The position numbers and the translations under genes are program-made. The notes under the pieces were generated by a model. That model saw only the letters and a program-made list of their open reading frames with translations, ran no database searches and was not told where the DNA came from. A stretch of 61,322 nucleotides of DNA, counting the filler, from Basidiobolus ranarum (Eukaryota): assembly GCA_040143965.1 (NCBI GenBank). It is 15 parts of 15 records of this genome, joined end to end, with 100 filler letters (N's around TTAATTAATTAA, not from the genome) between each part and the next. Parts side by side here need not be neighbours in the genome. Positions count along the whole stretch, not along the records: positions 20,510 to 24,507 come from JASJQH010002170.1; positions 24,608 to 28,604 come from JASJQH010002171.1; positions 28,705 to 32,699 come from JASJQH010002172.1; positions 32,800 to 36,793 come from JASJQH010002173.1; 11 more parts are not named here. One strand, 5' to 3'. Positions 22,090 to 35,991 of the stretch are shown here, one piece after another; the first letter of the stretch is position 1; each line of letters starts with the position of its first letter.

Positions 22090-24360
22090 GTGGTTCAGCT
22101 GGAGCCAGTGCTTCCTATTAGGCACTCTACACTGACTATTCAACATCATTCCAATACTATCTACTCAGCTGCAAAGTGGAAAATTTAATCCAAATGTGCA
22201 ATACAAGATAGGAACAAAGTTTGAATCAATTAAGAAGAATTTCAAAACATGAAGATACCATCATAATTTCCCAGGACACCCATCAATAACTACTTGTCTA
22301 GGCATTTTTATAGAGTTGCAGACTTGAAGTAATGGACATGTGTATATTCAAGTGGAATCTTGAAAAGATTTCTACCCAATAAGTACTAACAGCATTTGAA
22401 GTTTTTGTTAATATTCTCATGGCCTCAATTTACATTGACAGATCTCAAGCATATACAGCAACTATGTGAATTTTTTATAATTTAATATGATACGCTTTAT
22501 TTCAGGTTTAAAGAAGGTAGATTGAATCCAAGCTAGTGCTCAATACATTTCCTGCTGCATCTTTCACAATACTTAGAGGTTATAGGCCCTTCCTATACAT
22601 TCTGGCAATTCCCAACTGAACCTACCTGTGGTAAAAAGAAGCTTCATGTATCATTGTCAGTACTACCATATGCTAATCAGTTTAACAATATGTCAGCAAG
22701 ATCAATCATTGATGTATCATACTGGGTTAAGGAGATGCATTAACCTTCCAACACAGGGCTCTTGTCTATGGGCACATGGGCTTTAGCACCATTTGAGAAC
22801 CATATCGGTAGCAAAACCCAATTCATGGACAAAGACTAAGTATCACTCAAAGACAAACTTTGCGCAAATGCTTGTGTTGCAGCATGAGAAGGATTTTGCT
22901 GTAGTAAAAAGACACCCATTATGTCAGGTTGTTATTCTAGATATATCCAATCAAGGCTATGAGCTAACTCTGTCATGATGTCATAGGTGAGTCATTGGTG
23001 GAATTACAAGAAATTTCCAATCATCAGCTCCAATTTTGGCTTAATATAAGTTGTTCCTATGCAATTTCTTTACACCAAGCCAATATCTGATTAATTCAAT
23101 GGCATTGAAAAAGTATCCCTTATCCAAATCAAAGTTGGCTACCCGGGCAAAAGCCTGCTAGTAGAAATAAAAAACTAGCAAGAACTTAAGACTTGTTTAG
23201 TGAATAGCATAACAATCAGCTACCCACTTTTGAAATATTGATATGCCCTCAACTATCTCAAGTAACAATAAGGATTATTTGATATACCAGAGGCATTCCT
23301 TTTTAGAACAGTATAAGTGAAGAGATTACAATTCCACTGTTATGTAGTAAGTCAATAGTTAAGTAAAGCTCAAATAAACACCTTCAAGAACATCAGCTTG
23401 CAAAATGCCATCAACAACAACTGTTGAATATCTCACAGTTGCCAATTTTTATAGAATCATACTAATAAGTAAATCTCTGGCACAACATATTATTGATTTA
23501 TATGAAATCATAAGTAAAAACTACAAAGTTGCCATACAGGCCATGACATGCCATAAATTAGCCATATTTCTAATCATTCAGCATTCTGAAGCAATAAATC
23601 ATCAGTTAAACAGTCTGTCCTGAATGATACAGGACTTTGGGAAAGCTGTGCTCTCAATTCATTCTCATATGGGACTTCAATGAATCCAGACTACACATAT
23701 GAAAGCCACTGTCACAATGCAGTAGAGCAGAATATGTTTTGAGAATTCAGGCCTTCATTCATAGGTAAAAACTACAAAGTTGCCATAGAGGCCAGGACAA
23801 GCAAGAACACCACAATAGTGCAATTCATGCACCATTCTGAAGCAACTATTTAACGGTCAGAGAATCACTCAACAATGATACAAAACCTCAGAATGCTGCA
23901 CTCAAGCTTCAGCAACATGCTGCTCCCTCTGTACATTCTCATAAGGGATTTCAAGCAATCTCACACCGTACGTATGAATATAACCATGGTAATCTAGCAG
24001 AGCAAAATATGTGTTGGACCATTAAGCCTACACAATGACCCAAAACTACTTGGGCACAGCAAAGTAGAAATTTCATATAAAAACCTGCAAGCCAAAATAC
24101 TCTGAATGTCAGAGCCACTGGCTTTGCTCTGATCATGAATGGTGTCACTTTGTGGTAACTGTGTGGAATATTGCCCACACTTGCCTTGATATGGGCCAAT
24201 CATAGAAAAACCAAAACCAGGTGTTACTTGGAAGATTTTTGACTTATTTCATGTGGCATATCCTAGGTTTTTGTAAGCAAGTGGCAATTAGGCTATCATG
24301 GGCCTATTCATGAAACTTCTCAAAAATGTGTGTAAGTATTGAACTGAAAGCAAAGAAAAG
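22090..24360 (+). mobile_element. Old, rearranged CMC/CACTA remnants (transposase C-terminal part about 22090-22830; ORF2 about 23098-24360)
   Basis: Similar to 50330-50830 (reverse), 16050-16309 (reverse) and 33243-34260. Heavily decayed, and boundaries are approximate. Confidence 0.6.
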
Positions 24361-24607
24361 CAGATAAAGCTACATGCAAGAAGCAGGAAATTGGGACATG
24401 CATCTGCGTTAGTGGAAAGTACCATGTCTACACCTGCAAGCCATCTTAATAATTCTAATAAAGATGCGCCTAATGTGCCAAGCGGGGAGTTCACCGAAAG
24501 CTCTTTTNNNNNNNNNNNNNNNNNNNNNNNNNNNNNNNNNNNNNNNNNNNNTTAATTAATTAANNNNNNNNNNNNNNNNNNNNNNNNNNNNNNNNNNNNN
24601 NNNNNNN

Positions 24608-27600
24608 CAGCAGAGCCTTTACAATGTAATATGATGGTGCTAGTCTTTTAAATGAGCTATAGAGGAGATCTAATTCTCAGCAAAATAATGCAGAACAGGC
24701 ATCTTTTGGAGTTGTAAAACATCCAACAGGCTCCAATAATGGTGCCCCTATAGAAATCAATCATGTGCAAGTATTGCAAGAAACCAGGCCACATTATCAT
24801 AAATTGCAGAAAAAGGATATTTGCCAAAAAGCTAAAATTGGAACAGGCAAATCAAGTAATCACTGATATGGATCATCTATTTGTATCTGCCATATCAGTA
24901 AGCACTAAAGAAGACTCATAAATGTTATACTTTGAGTCAGGAGCTTCTAGCATATATTAAACAGGACAGATTGGTTTTCCAGCTTAGAAACAATCCAAAC
25001 AAGGTGAGTCTACATAGGTGATGACTATGTGCTAGACGCAGTTGGTGAAGGCATAGTTGTACTTAATTGAACCAAAATTTAGCCACACCATCTGCAAAAT
25101 TGGAGGATGCACTCTATGTATTGAATAGAGCCGAGAATCTGCTCTTAGCAGGCCAAGCAACAGCTCAAGGACTGAGCTTCATATTTGGTAAGGCTGAATG
25201 CACTATCTCATATCAGAATAATACCAAATTAGCTACTGGGATACAAGCTCAACACATATACAAGCTAGAAATCAGCAAATTGCATTTTGAGCATGCAAAC
25301 TTGGACAAAACCAGCAAAGTAAGCTGTTGAACATGGCATAGAAGATTAGGCCACATAGTGGAACAAAAACTGATCCAAATGATCCAAAATCAGTTTGTCT
25401 CAGGCTCAGAAATTGAAAATGTCACTAAATTTGATCTGTGTGAAGTTTGCATATATGGAAAACATCACAAACAGCCTTTTTCAAGCTCCGCAGAGATCAA
25501 ATCCACTTAGAATTTAGCCCTGATTCATTCTGATCTCTAGGGACTCAAGAAAAATGTCTCTGTAAGTGGGAAAAGATACTGGGATGACCTTTATGGATGA
25601 CAAATCAAGACATACTTGAGTATTCTTTCTCAAATCAAAATCTGAAGGCTTGCTGTGTGAAAGCGCTACAAAGAAATGGTAGAGAAAGAATCAAAACAAA
25701 GAAGAAGGGTACTCAAGAGTGATATTGGTGGAGAATAATGCTCTAAAGACTTTATGAGTTTTTGTTCTAAACATGGAATGAAATAACAAACTATTAAACC
25801 TATACTTCAGAGCAAAATGGTGTAGCAGAATATGCTAACATGACCATAGTGGAGATGGCAAGATCAATGTTATTTGATTAAAAGTTCCATTATCAACTTT
25901 ATGCTGTATCTGTCTCCACTACTGACTATATTGTAAACAGATGCCCAACAAGAATGTTTCAAAGTTGTGCTCTATTTGAATCCCTATGTGGATCAAAACC
26001 AAGTATTGATTGTCTCAGGATCTTTGGTTGCACAGCATGTTGCCTAATTCCTGCTCAAAAATGCTCTAAATTGGAACCCAAAATATAATAAATCAATATA
26101 TCTTGGTTACTGTGAAGGATCCAAGGTTACAGTCTATTTAGTATCAAAAATCAGAAGCTAATCAAGTGCTGAGATGTAATTTTATGGAAAAGCATATATT
26201 ACATCTCAAATCACAGTTCTTGATCTAGAAACACAATCAGCACTATTTGAGAAGCTTTTGACAAAATTCCACCATATTGGAGCCCAATTCAATCACAATT
26301 CAAGTCCCAATTACTTCACAGGATGATTCTGGGCCCTGAATATAATCCCCAAGGAAAAATAAGCCAGGAAACTGGAGGAACACTTTCAATGATATTGTAT
26401 ATGCTTATTCAGCAGTCTATAACAAGCCACAGACTCTAGATCAAGCTCTAAGGTGTCCAGAATCAAAATTATGGGAAAAGCAATGTTGGATGTGTATTGT
26501 TAACTGCAGGTCAGTAAAAGTGTGTTTTAGGTCATCTACCATCAGGGAGAAAGCCAATTGGTTGCATATGGGCTTACAAAGTCAAAAGCCAAGCTGATGT
26601 AACAATAGAAAGGTACAAAGGAAGATTAGCTGCAAAAGGTTATTCACAGACTCCAGGAGTTGATTTAAATGAAACCATTACTCCAGTATCTAAGTATAAC
26701 TCCCTTAGATTGAACCTGACACTCTCAGCAGGCCTTAGCTTTGATTTACATCAAATAGATGTAAAAACAGCCTTTCTGAATGGAATTCTAGAAGTGATCC
26801 ATAAGGAGCAACCAGATGGATTTGTTGACTGGGATATCCTTATATGGTTTATAAACTGCAAATATTGCTATATTGACTTGAGTAAGCACCCAGGGCAAGG
26901 TATCTCAAGACAGACACCTGTTTGAAATCACTAGAATTTGAAAAATGCACAGCAGATCATAGCATTGGCATCAAAACAACTGTAAATGGTATGCTTATCT
27001 TGGCACTATATATAGATGACTTGATCATGGCCACATATGATCTTGAAGCATTTAATCTGACAATAAGCAGCTTATCAAACAAATTTTAGATGCTAGATAT
27101 GGTAAATTAAGTTATTTTCTTAGAATCCAAATCAACAATGATAAACGCAATCAGAGAATCATACTGAATCAGTCTAGATAGATCCTAGACATCCTAAGAA
27201 GTTTCAACATGGAGAATAGCAAGCCCATATCAACACCAGCTGATCTCAATGTTTAGTTGAACAACATCTCATCTGATTTGCCCCAAAATGACTCCAACCA
27301 TCACCAGATGTTCCCTTATCAATCTATAGTGGGTAGTTTAATGTATAAGATGGTTGGAACATATCAAAATAATGCTGTAGCAGTGGGAATTGTCAGCCTA
27401 TATCACAAAAGTCCAGGATCTGAGCACAAAACTGTAGTAAAACAAATATTCAAGTATTTGAGAGAAATTGTAGATCTAGTTCTGGAGCCTTCTGCCACTC
27501 CTGGTGCACAAAGTTTTGAAGGCTACAGTGATGCAGACTTGGGAAGAAACCCTAATGATACAAGATTGATAATTCAGCAACTTTTCTCTATGGTAATGGA

Positions 27601-27905
27601 GCCATAACGTGGAGTAGTAAGAAGCAACAAACCATAGCACATTTCCCTACTGAAGCAGAGTACATGACTGCCTCTGCTGCTACACAACAAGCTCTGTGGT
27701 TAAGAAAGTTGTTTACAGACTTAGGATTAATGCAAAAACTTGCTATTTCTGTATTTGAAGATAATCAAAGTAGTATTTCATTTGCTAAAAACCCTATATT
27801 TCATGCTGAACAAAACATACAGATTACAGGCATCATTTATTAGAGAAGCAGTAGAGATTGATATCATTGAACTTGTCTATTAGCCTATTGAAGAAATGAT
27901 AGAAA
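24608..27905 (+). mobile_element. Ty1/Copia family 1 internal region, gag knuckle through RNase H, pseudogenised
   Basis: CKYCKKPGH knuckle, WHRRLGH, EQNGVAE, HQIDVKTAFLNG, YIDDLI, FEGYSDAD and WSSKKQ occur in order, with numerous stops. Confidence 0.92.
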
Positions 27906-28604
27906 AGTCATGGAGTTTAGTTTTGTATTTGGATAGTAGTAGTGCATATACCTGATAGAGTAGACTCAATTGATTTGTCAAAAACAGCTGCAAAATAGTG
28001 CATTGTGCCTGCATAAACCTCCAGGCTTACTGATGGCAAGAGTGTGACTACTACATACAATGATATTAGCCTTGATAAAATATTCACCCATCTGAACCCC
28101 ATTTGATAACCATTCAAATTCAAATAATCAAAGGCTCTAAGAAGATATCTATACGCACTGGTGATATAGATCCATATATGATGTATAGTATTGGAATACT
28201 ATGACACTCATACTGTTCAGAAGGAGGAAGATTTAAATTAATATACTCTATTGGCCAGTAAGCCTCTCTAACAGTATATGTGTTTACTGAGAAACCAACA
28301 AGAGCTAATGAAAATGGATGATCATAGGTGCTCTCAAAGAAATCTTGACTTTTTGGATACTGAGGCAACATCCATTAAGTATGTTCATCATACTATCAGC
28401 TTTAAAGTGAGTACTTTGGTGTTAGATGAAAGATCTATATTTGGGTGAGTTCATCAATACTATAAGATCGGGAATCAATGGAATTTGAGCCAAACATGCT
28501 CAACATGGACGTGATTTAGTGATTGCCAATTGTATACAAGCTGTACATTACTTCAGAGTTTTCAGATCATAAGTGAAAGCCAAACAACAGTTTGGACATC
28601 AATG
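27906..28604 (-). mobile_element. CMC/CACTA transposase core remnant
   Basis: LALVGFSVN...YWPIEYINLNLPPSE...FLEPLI. Colinear with 50945-51640. Confidence 0.8.
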
Positions 28605-29270
28605 NNNNNNNNNNNNNNNNNNNNNNNNNNNNNNNNNNNNNNNNNNNNTTAATTAATTAANNNNNNNNNNNNNNNNNNNNNNNNNNNNNNNNNNNNNNNN
28701 NNNNGATGATGTTCCTAACATGATGTGACCGCTCCCTCTTCTAGAGCAGGCAAATTTTTTTTCTCTGCACTAAAACGTCAATGATCTAGTGTTTACGTGA
28801 TAGCTTGGTTGGAATGGGCTTTAGAATTACACATGTGCACAGAACCAGGTTATGGGGTTTGGAGCTCACAAAGACTCCATTACTCAATGATGAGCACATT
28901 CTTAACATGGTCTAGATCCCTTGGACTGTGAGCGTACAGCCCAATCAATGTGACTACAGTTTTGAAGGTTTATACTTTATAGTTTATTAGTTAGATAACA
29001 AATGAATAAATGAATCTCTCGTCTAGCAGCAGCTATTTACATAATCCACAGAATATATTGGCAGTTCCTTTCTCGTTTTAAATGGGTTAGGAGTAATCAG
29101 AAGTATGTAGGTCAAAAGGGTAGCGAGTATTCCCCTCGTAAACAAAGCTAGTGACACAAAAAGAATTTAGTTCTATTTACAAATGTGTATATGTGAGGAT
29201 TCGGTTATGATAAATTAGTGCAAAATATATAATGGAAGTCTATTAATGGGATTGAGAAGAGTATCCGAAC

Positions 29271-30961
29271 TTATTTGCTGTTGGATTTTTGTAGCTTCTT
29301 GCGAAGGGCTAGACGAATTCCATCCTTCTCACAGAAAACTGCCACCAGTGGAAGGTGGTCAGATGGGCAATGCCAGTTGGGAAGGTGCAAGTGACCTTGT
29401 TCTTTTGGTAATCCATCAAGAACTGCGAGAAGATCGAGTGAGTGAAGAGTATAAAGAATATGATCGATTACTCCTTGGAAACCCTTGGTGCGGTTGGTGT
29501 AATATAAATCGGGTGAGGTCTTATCCGTGCAAGCGCTGCGGAGTCTTAATTGGTGACGAAGGGGGTGAGCACTATACCGTCCAAAATCATGTCCACTGAA
29601 GGCAGATGAGGGAGCACGTCCTGAAACCAAATACTGAAGAACTGAACTGGTAGGTAACGAGTTTAAATCCCCACAGATAACAGTTGGATGCTTGAACTTC
29701 TGGAGGCGGTCAATAAGAATGGCTGCTTGAAGTAACTTAGCATCCTGGTATTCTGGGTCTGCGAGTAAGTGTGTATTGGCAACACAAAGCTTGGATTGAG
29801 TCTCTATATTACGGAAAACTCCAACTAGTGCGAGATTATTGAACATGTTGAATCTGATGGCTGTATCACGCGCTAGAGAGTGACGACGTTCATCATCAAG
29901 GTTGGTCTCGTTGTACCGAATCACATGAGTTTTGATTAGTTCAAAGCGATGTTTCTTATAAAAAGTTGCACAGCCATCTTGGACTACTTGGTTAGTCTTA
30001 TTCTCGTAGAACCCGGTATATCCGTACTGTTCTAAGGCTGGTATGAAAAAATCGTCAAAGTCTTCTGGTTCAACTTCTTGGAGACAGACAAAGTCTGGGA
30101 GTAGACCAACAATCTGTCCGAGAATAGTGTGTTTGCGATACTCCCAGTCAAGATAAGGCCAACTATGACAGTGAAAACGACTGGTTGTTGTAAGATTGGG
30201 TGAAAGGATGTTCCAAGACATGGCCACAAACGCACCACTGTCAAGTTCCTCTTCAGGTGTAAAATAATTCCAGTTGCGAGTTTGGTAATTTCTACTGTCA
30301 TCGTCCAAAAGAGGTGCATGCTTTTCATCGTCTAGCTCATCATATTCATTGACCTCCCATTCACCAGTAATACTCTCGGTCTGAATGAATTCCTCACATT
30401 CGTCATGCTGGATGCTGGAAGTGTCGCAGGTGTCGCTAGAGTCGGAGGAGCCATCATAAAGAGATGGCACTGGGCTGGGGGTTTCCTGATTTTCAATGCC
30501 AATGGACTCAATATCAGAATGGGAAGATTCACTGTGGGTGGTTGACTCCTCTTCTGTGAATAAGGTGCTTGTGGTAATGCTCTCCGTCTCGGATTCGTCA
30601 ATTTTGATTGTAGGCAAGGCAACGAATCTATGGTTCTTCTTCTTCTGACGTTTCTGCGATTTTTTGTTTCCCTTAGTGGTGAGCTTTGGGGAAGTAGGCG
30701 CTACGTTTTCATTAATAGTCGATTTCTATGAAGTTTTCTGATTTAGTAATGTTTCACAGAAACCCAAACCGCTGCTGGGTAGATTGGGGGAGGGGTAAAG
30801 AAGGCAGAAATGAAGGATATTTGATTACATACCTTTTGCTCAATCACAGAGATACGTGTCTGTAGGGTAGCCTTGAATACATCTAGTTCCCTTGTGGTGT
30901 CGAGCTGCTCAAAGCTGCTCAGATTCTTAGCGAAGGTTTGTAAGCTGTTCCAGGCGAACAT
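29271..30961 (-). CDS. CCR4/nocturnin/Angel-type EEP-family nuclease (deadenylase-like) without LRRs, 527 aa. Model: complement(join(29271..30725,30833..30961))
   Basis: Motifs SWNIL, CLQEVE, DGCATFY, NTHL, CGDLNSLP, IDHILY and PSDHLPL. A 107-bp GTATGT...TACTAA...TAG phase-0 intron links exon 1 (MFAWNS...EQK) in frame. Basic NLS-like stretch KKSQKRQKKK and an acidic low-complexity region. Confidence 0.9.
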
Positions 30962-32957
30962 ATTTATGTGTGGAATGTGTTCAGATAGGCACAGCGTGTA
31001 TAAAGATATGGACCGGTATCAAGAGATCAGTAAGAAAGGTATAGAAGAGCTAAGGTTGGTTGCGTTTGTGTGGATCTAGGTGTGCTGGAAGAAAGCTCAG
31101 TTGATATTTTGACGACTTGATCATTGTGGACAGATGCCTCCTCTTTATATCAAATTGGATATTGAAATGACACGAGGGTGGCCATGGGGGTGGGGTTATT
31201 TCACGAGTTTACAGCTTACATTTTCTGGTTCATGAAAAAATCAAGGAATTTCAAGATTCTCCTAATTTGGCTCTTACATCAGTTCTAAGTGGAAAGTGCA
31301 ATCGGATTTCACATTAACCTGTCATCCTGATCCAATCTCCGAACTCCCCGCTCTTACCTTACTTTTACTTTACACTACCATTTCCTAAAAAGAAAATGAT
31401 ATGTGATTTCATTGTACTGCTTCTATATATATATATATATATGATATTCTTATTCTAACAGATTAGTTTAGATTCAATTTAAGATTCATTTAAAAAGATA
31501 AGTTAAAATCGAATTTCTAATATGGAATTCGGCTGAGGAGCTCCCCCCACACATATTATCATCTTCTTTGAAAGAATGTCCCATTTTTAGAAAATCAGTG
31601 TATAGCCATACTTGACTATTCGTCATGACATTGCCTAAATAGTGTCTTTGTATTGGATTTGGTAGATCCACAGTCAATTTGTTCTCCCGTTACAAAAGGG
31701 TTCGTTTTTTTCACCCAGATTGGCGCTAGTGGTAGGAGGGTGCTACCAACAAGTTCGCAGTGTCATAAGAAGCGTCACTCTCCAGCATAGCCATGCCAGG
31801 CTGTGTGAAATACACCAAGCTAATCCCGAGCTATCCCAAGCATGGGCTTTCTTGCGCTTACTCAATCTGCCTCTTAAATTAAAGCTGGAATATATATATG
31901 TCTTATGGCCAATTTAGCCGTTCCATTGATTATTCTGTACAGGTATATATATTCACAGCCACATTTTACGCTCTATGGGTCGGCAGTGCATTCCATAATT
32001 TATCTTCGAAATATATATGGGTTTTCATTATCTGGATTAAGCTTGTTACACAATTCTACATGCCAAATGGCTCGGAAGATTCGGATACAAACATTCCAGT
32101 TGTAACAATTCTGCGGATAAACAGCAAATAACCTTAAACTCTATGCGTAACAGTCGCAACACCTCTCTCTAATCATACCCTTGGCTGTGGCAAGGGAAGC
32201 ACCCTTTCCTCTTCTCAGCCAGTGTTTTAATCTATCCAACTGATCGTATCAGCACTCACCAAGGCCTTATAATTCATGCATGAATTTTTTTCATCTGTGC
32301 CTAAAATAATCCCATTCAATCCCATTTCTCCCTCGTCAACTGACATAAAAGCCATATTATTTCGCCAGAAATCCATAAATTAAAGGCCTAATTTAGAGCG
32401 ATTGAAAACCCACTTACTACATATGGAAACTAGGATATAAGAGTTAAAATTAAACGCCATCTACATCTGAAAATCATCCTAAAAATATCCACTCGATGCT
32501 CAGCCTTCAATGGGTTCACCGATTCACTTGAGGTATCAGATTGGATACCAACCGAATTTGGTTAATAGAGTCACGAAACTACGGTGGTTTCAGAAGTAGA
32601 TTGAGCGTATGGTAATGGCTGGTTTTCGGGTTAGTCATAAATAGGATTCTCTGTGTTGCAAACTTGCGCATCATCCGGATTTGCACATCCATCATTAAGN
32701 NNNNNNNNNNNNNNNNNNNNNNNNNNNNNNNNNNNNNNNNNNNTTAATTAATTAANNNNNNNNNNNNNNNNNNNNNNNNNNNNNNNNNNNNNNNNNNNNA
32801 TTCTCACATAATTCACATATATATAAAATATATGTTCCGATTTGCAGCTAAGTGATATTTGACTAAATAATGTTGACTAACTAATATGTGATATATGAAA
32901 TAGTTAGGTGCATAAAGATAGGGATAACAAATATGATAAAGACAATAAACTTCAACA

Positions 32958-35246
32958 GCCTCTGGCTTTCATAGCAAAAGAGTTTGTGACAAAAACAGCA
33001 GGGCTTCTTGAGACATTTATGTTGCAGTATGAGAAGGATATTGTGGCAAAAAGAACACCTCCCTTGTAAGGGTGGTATTTTAGGTATAGCCCATGAATAT
33101 CCTCAGCTGATTCTCAGATGGTGTCACAGATGAGTCATCAGGGGATTTACAAGATATTTTTGGCAATGGATGGCAATTTTTGTTTAGTATAAGCTGTCTC
33201 TAAGCAATTTCATTACACCAAGTATACCACCTGAAAATTTCAATGCCATTCAAAAACTGTTCAAAATCTAAATCAAAATCAGCTTCCAAGCCAATGCCTG
33301 CTTGCACAAAAGGAAAAAACCAGCAAAAACAGAGGTCTTAATTGATGAGCAGTCTAGCAATCCACTATCCACTTTGGAAGGCAGTAACATGCCAGATATT
33401 AACTCAAGTAATGATGAAGCATTAATCAATTTACCAGATGTGTTCCTTTCCATCAATAGTGCAAATGATGAGATTGTAATCCACCAATTACATAGTAAAT
33501 CAATAGTTGAGCAAAGTTCAACCAAAACACTGTCAAGACCATCAACTTCCAAAATGGCTACTTTGTCCACTATTGAACAACTCTCCACAGAAAATTTGTA
33601 TTAAATTATTATCACAAGGGAATTGCAGGCAGAACACCATAATGATTTGTATGTCATCATAAGTAAAAACTACAAAGTTGCTATACAGACCATGACAAGT
33701 AAAAACACTGCAATATTGCAATTAATGCAGCATTTGTAAGCAACTGGTCAACAGTGAGAGAGTTACTCAACAATGATACAAGACCTTCAGCATGCTATAC
33801 TCAAGCTACAGCAACATGCTGCTCCCTCTGTCCATTCCCATATGGGATTTCAATCAATCCCACTCTAAACATAGGAACATCACTGTGACAATCTAGCAGA
33901 GCGGAATATGTGTTGGACCATGAAGCCTACACCATGACCTGAAATTGCTTGGGCACGTGAAATAGAAATCTCATAGGAAAACTGGCAAACCAAGAGACTT
34001 TGAATGTCAGAGCTGGCATCACTTGCTCTGATGATAGTGGTTCAACATTTTGGAAACTGTGCGGAATCTTTCCCAACATCACCTGGATTTGAGCCAATTG
34101 TGGAAAAACCAAAAACCAGGCATTACTCTGAAAGTTCTTGACTTATTTCATGTTGCTTCTCCTGGGTTTTTGCAAGCAAATGGCAATTGGTCTAGTGTAG
34201 GCCTATTCATGAAACATCTCAAAAATGTATGCAATTATCAACTTGGAAAAAAAGAAAAGCAGCTAAAGAAGTACTCAGGGAGCAGTAAGTTAGTAAGCCC
34301 AAGGGAAAAGCAAAAGAGCTAGTGAGTTTAGTCTCCACTGTACCACTTAGCAAATTATTCACACCATAACAAAGATCTGCATTTCCAGAGTTAGATGTAC
34401 TGGCAAAAAAGCCTAATTTCACCATGGAACCAGATACACCAGTTGGAAGAGTGCCAAATACAGAAGTTTATCCAACACCTGGCACCTCTCAACAAACCAA
34501 AACACCAGCAAATAGAACTCACAGCTCTCCAACCTCAACTGGTACTTTTTAAAGTGTTGAAATTAGTGCCAAACTAAAGGCAAACAAAAAACCACACAAA
34601 CACCACAAAGCACCCTTGGTAGTGTCACACTACAAGGATGTATGAAAATAGTAAAAGTGTTTGAGGAGTATTTTGAAAAGTATGAAGGGAAAAATGCAGT
34701 GCAAGTATGCAGAAAGTTTCTTCAGAAGTAGAACATTCAACGTGAAATTCAGACTGGTGTTGACCATGCAGATATTTGGGAAGAACTAAATACAGAGTGG
34801 CACAATATCACAGGATATCTGCCAGATTGCTGAAAGAATGTTGATGCAGTAACATTAATACAATGATGGGCTTTGATGGAGATATTGATACCAACTTGTG
34901 TTGGATATGAGCTAAACCTTGAGTATGAAAAACTTTATAAAAATAATCAGGAAAATATATTAAAGAAGCTAGGAATTGTAAAGGTGACAAATTAGCATTC
35001 AAGTAGTAAATGTGTAAAATTTGAGTTATGTTTCTTGCACATGTGTTGATCCATAGTTCTCTGATATTATAGCCATTCATGTGCAACTATTTTGCAAGAT
35101 CTTGAGATTTCACTCCTGAAATTGAAAAAATTGATTGAAATCAAATCTAACTTGTAATTTTATGACAATAAGTAAATGGTCAATACCAAATGGATTAAAA
35201 TTGTGATGGTTTTCCTGCAATAACAATCCTCAAATTTCTGTTAGGG
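32958..35246 (+). mobile_element. CMC/CACTA element: transposase 5' end (minus), intergenic region, full ORF2 (plus), terminus ...ATTTCTGTTAGGG
   Basis: Ends in the reverse complement of CCCTAACAGAAAT at 35246. The left side is cut by another LTR end (...AAACTTCAACA, 32957). Confidence 0.82.
33243..34995 (+). pseudogene. CACTA-associated ORF2, about 580 codons when reconstructed, unknown function
   Basis: ATG (MPFK...) shared with 52507 and 57473. The ACAAATTAG stop is shared with 36245, 38016 and about 7612. Stops differ between copies. Confidence 0.7.
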
Positions 35247-35991
35247 ATATCATTAATACCCAGCCACCAATTCATAGTATAAAATTGTGGCCATTTCTTG
35301 ATATAAGCAACCCTTCCCCCAAGTGAAGGATTTCTAGCCCAGGGACCTTCCAAAACTTCACCATATCCTTTATCCTTACTTATACTAGATATTCTACACT
35401 GTATCATAATAGAATAATAAAGATTCCTGTAGCAACTCCAGTAGACTTGACAATTGAAGTTCAGATTTGTTTATAATTATCTTCACTTTTGCAGCCATAG
35501 AATGCACTTCACTCATGATCAAAGTCTTTGCAATCTTAAACAACTATGTTGTTTTCTTCCGACTTTAAGTTAGAGAAACCACCAGAGATATATGTACCCT
35601 TGTAGTATTGAAGATTCTTGATAGCTCTATCAGCAGAAATAATCTTTTCTTAGAAAGTCTTCAAGCCATTGACATACAACAGTGAGTCTTCACCCATTAG
35701 AGATAGAGTGAGAAATATATGTCCTCACAATATTTTTAAGCTTCCCATATAAAAATTCAGCTTTTCTGGGGATTTGTGATGGGATTTAACTTTGTTCTGA
35801 GTATTTAAGTAACACTCCTCTCCCACACTACAAATGTTAAAGTATTAGGGAGCCTCTTTGAAGTGGTTTGGAGAATTAGAGGAATTGGTGGTTTTCACTT
35901 AATGATCCATTGAGCGAAAAGTTGAAATTTATAGTTTTGTCAAGATGTAGACAAAAAAAACATGTAGAATGTGTTAAGGATGGTCCCAGGA

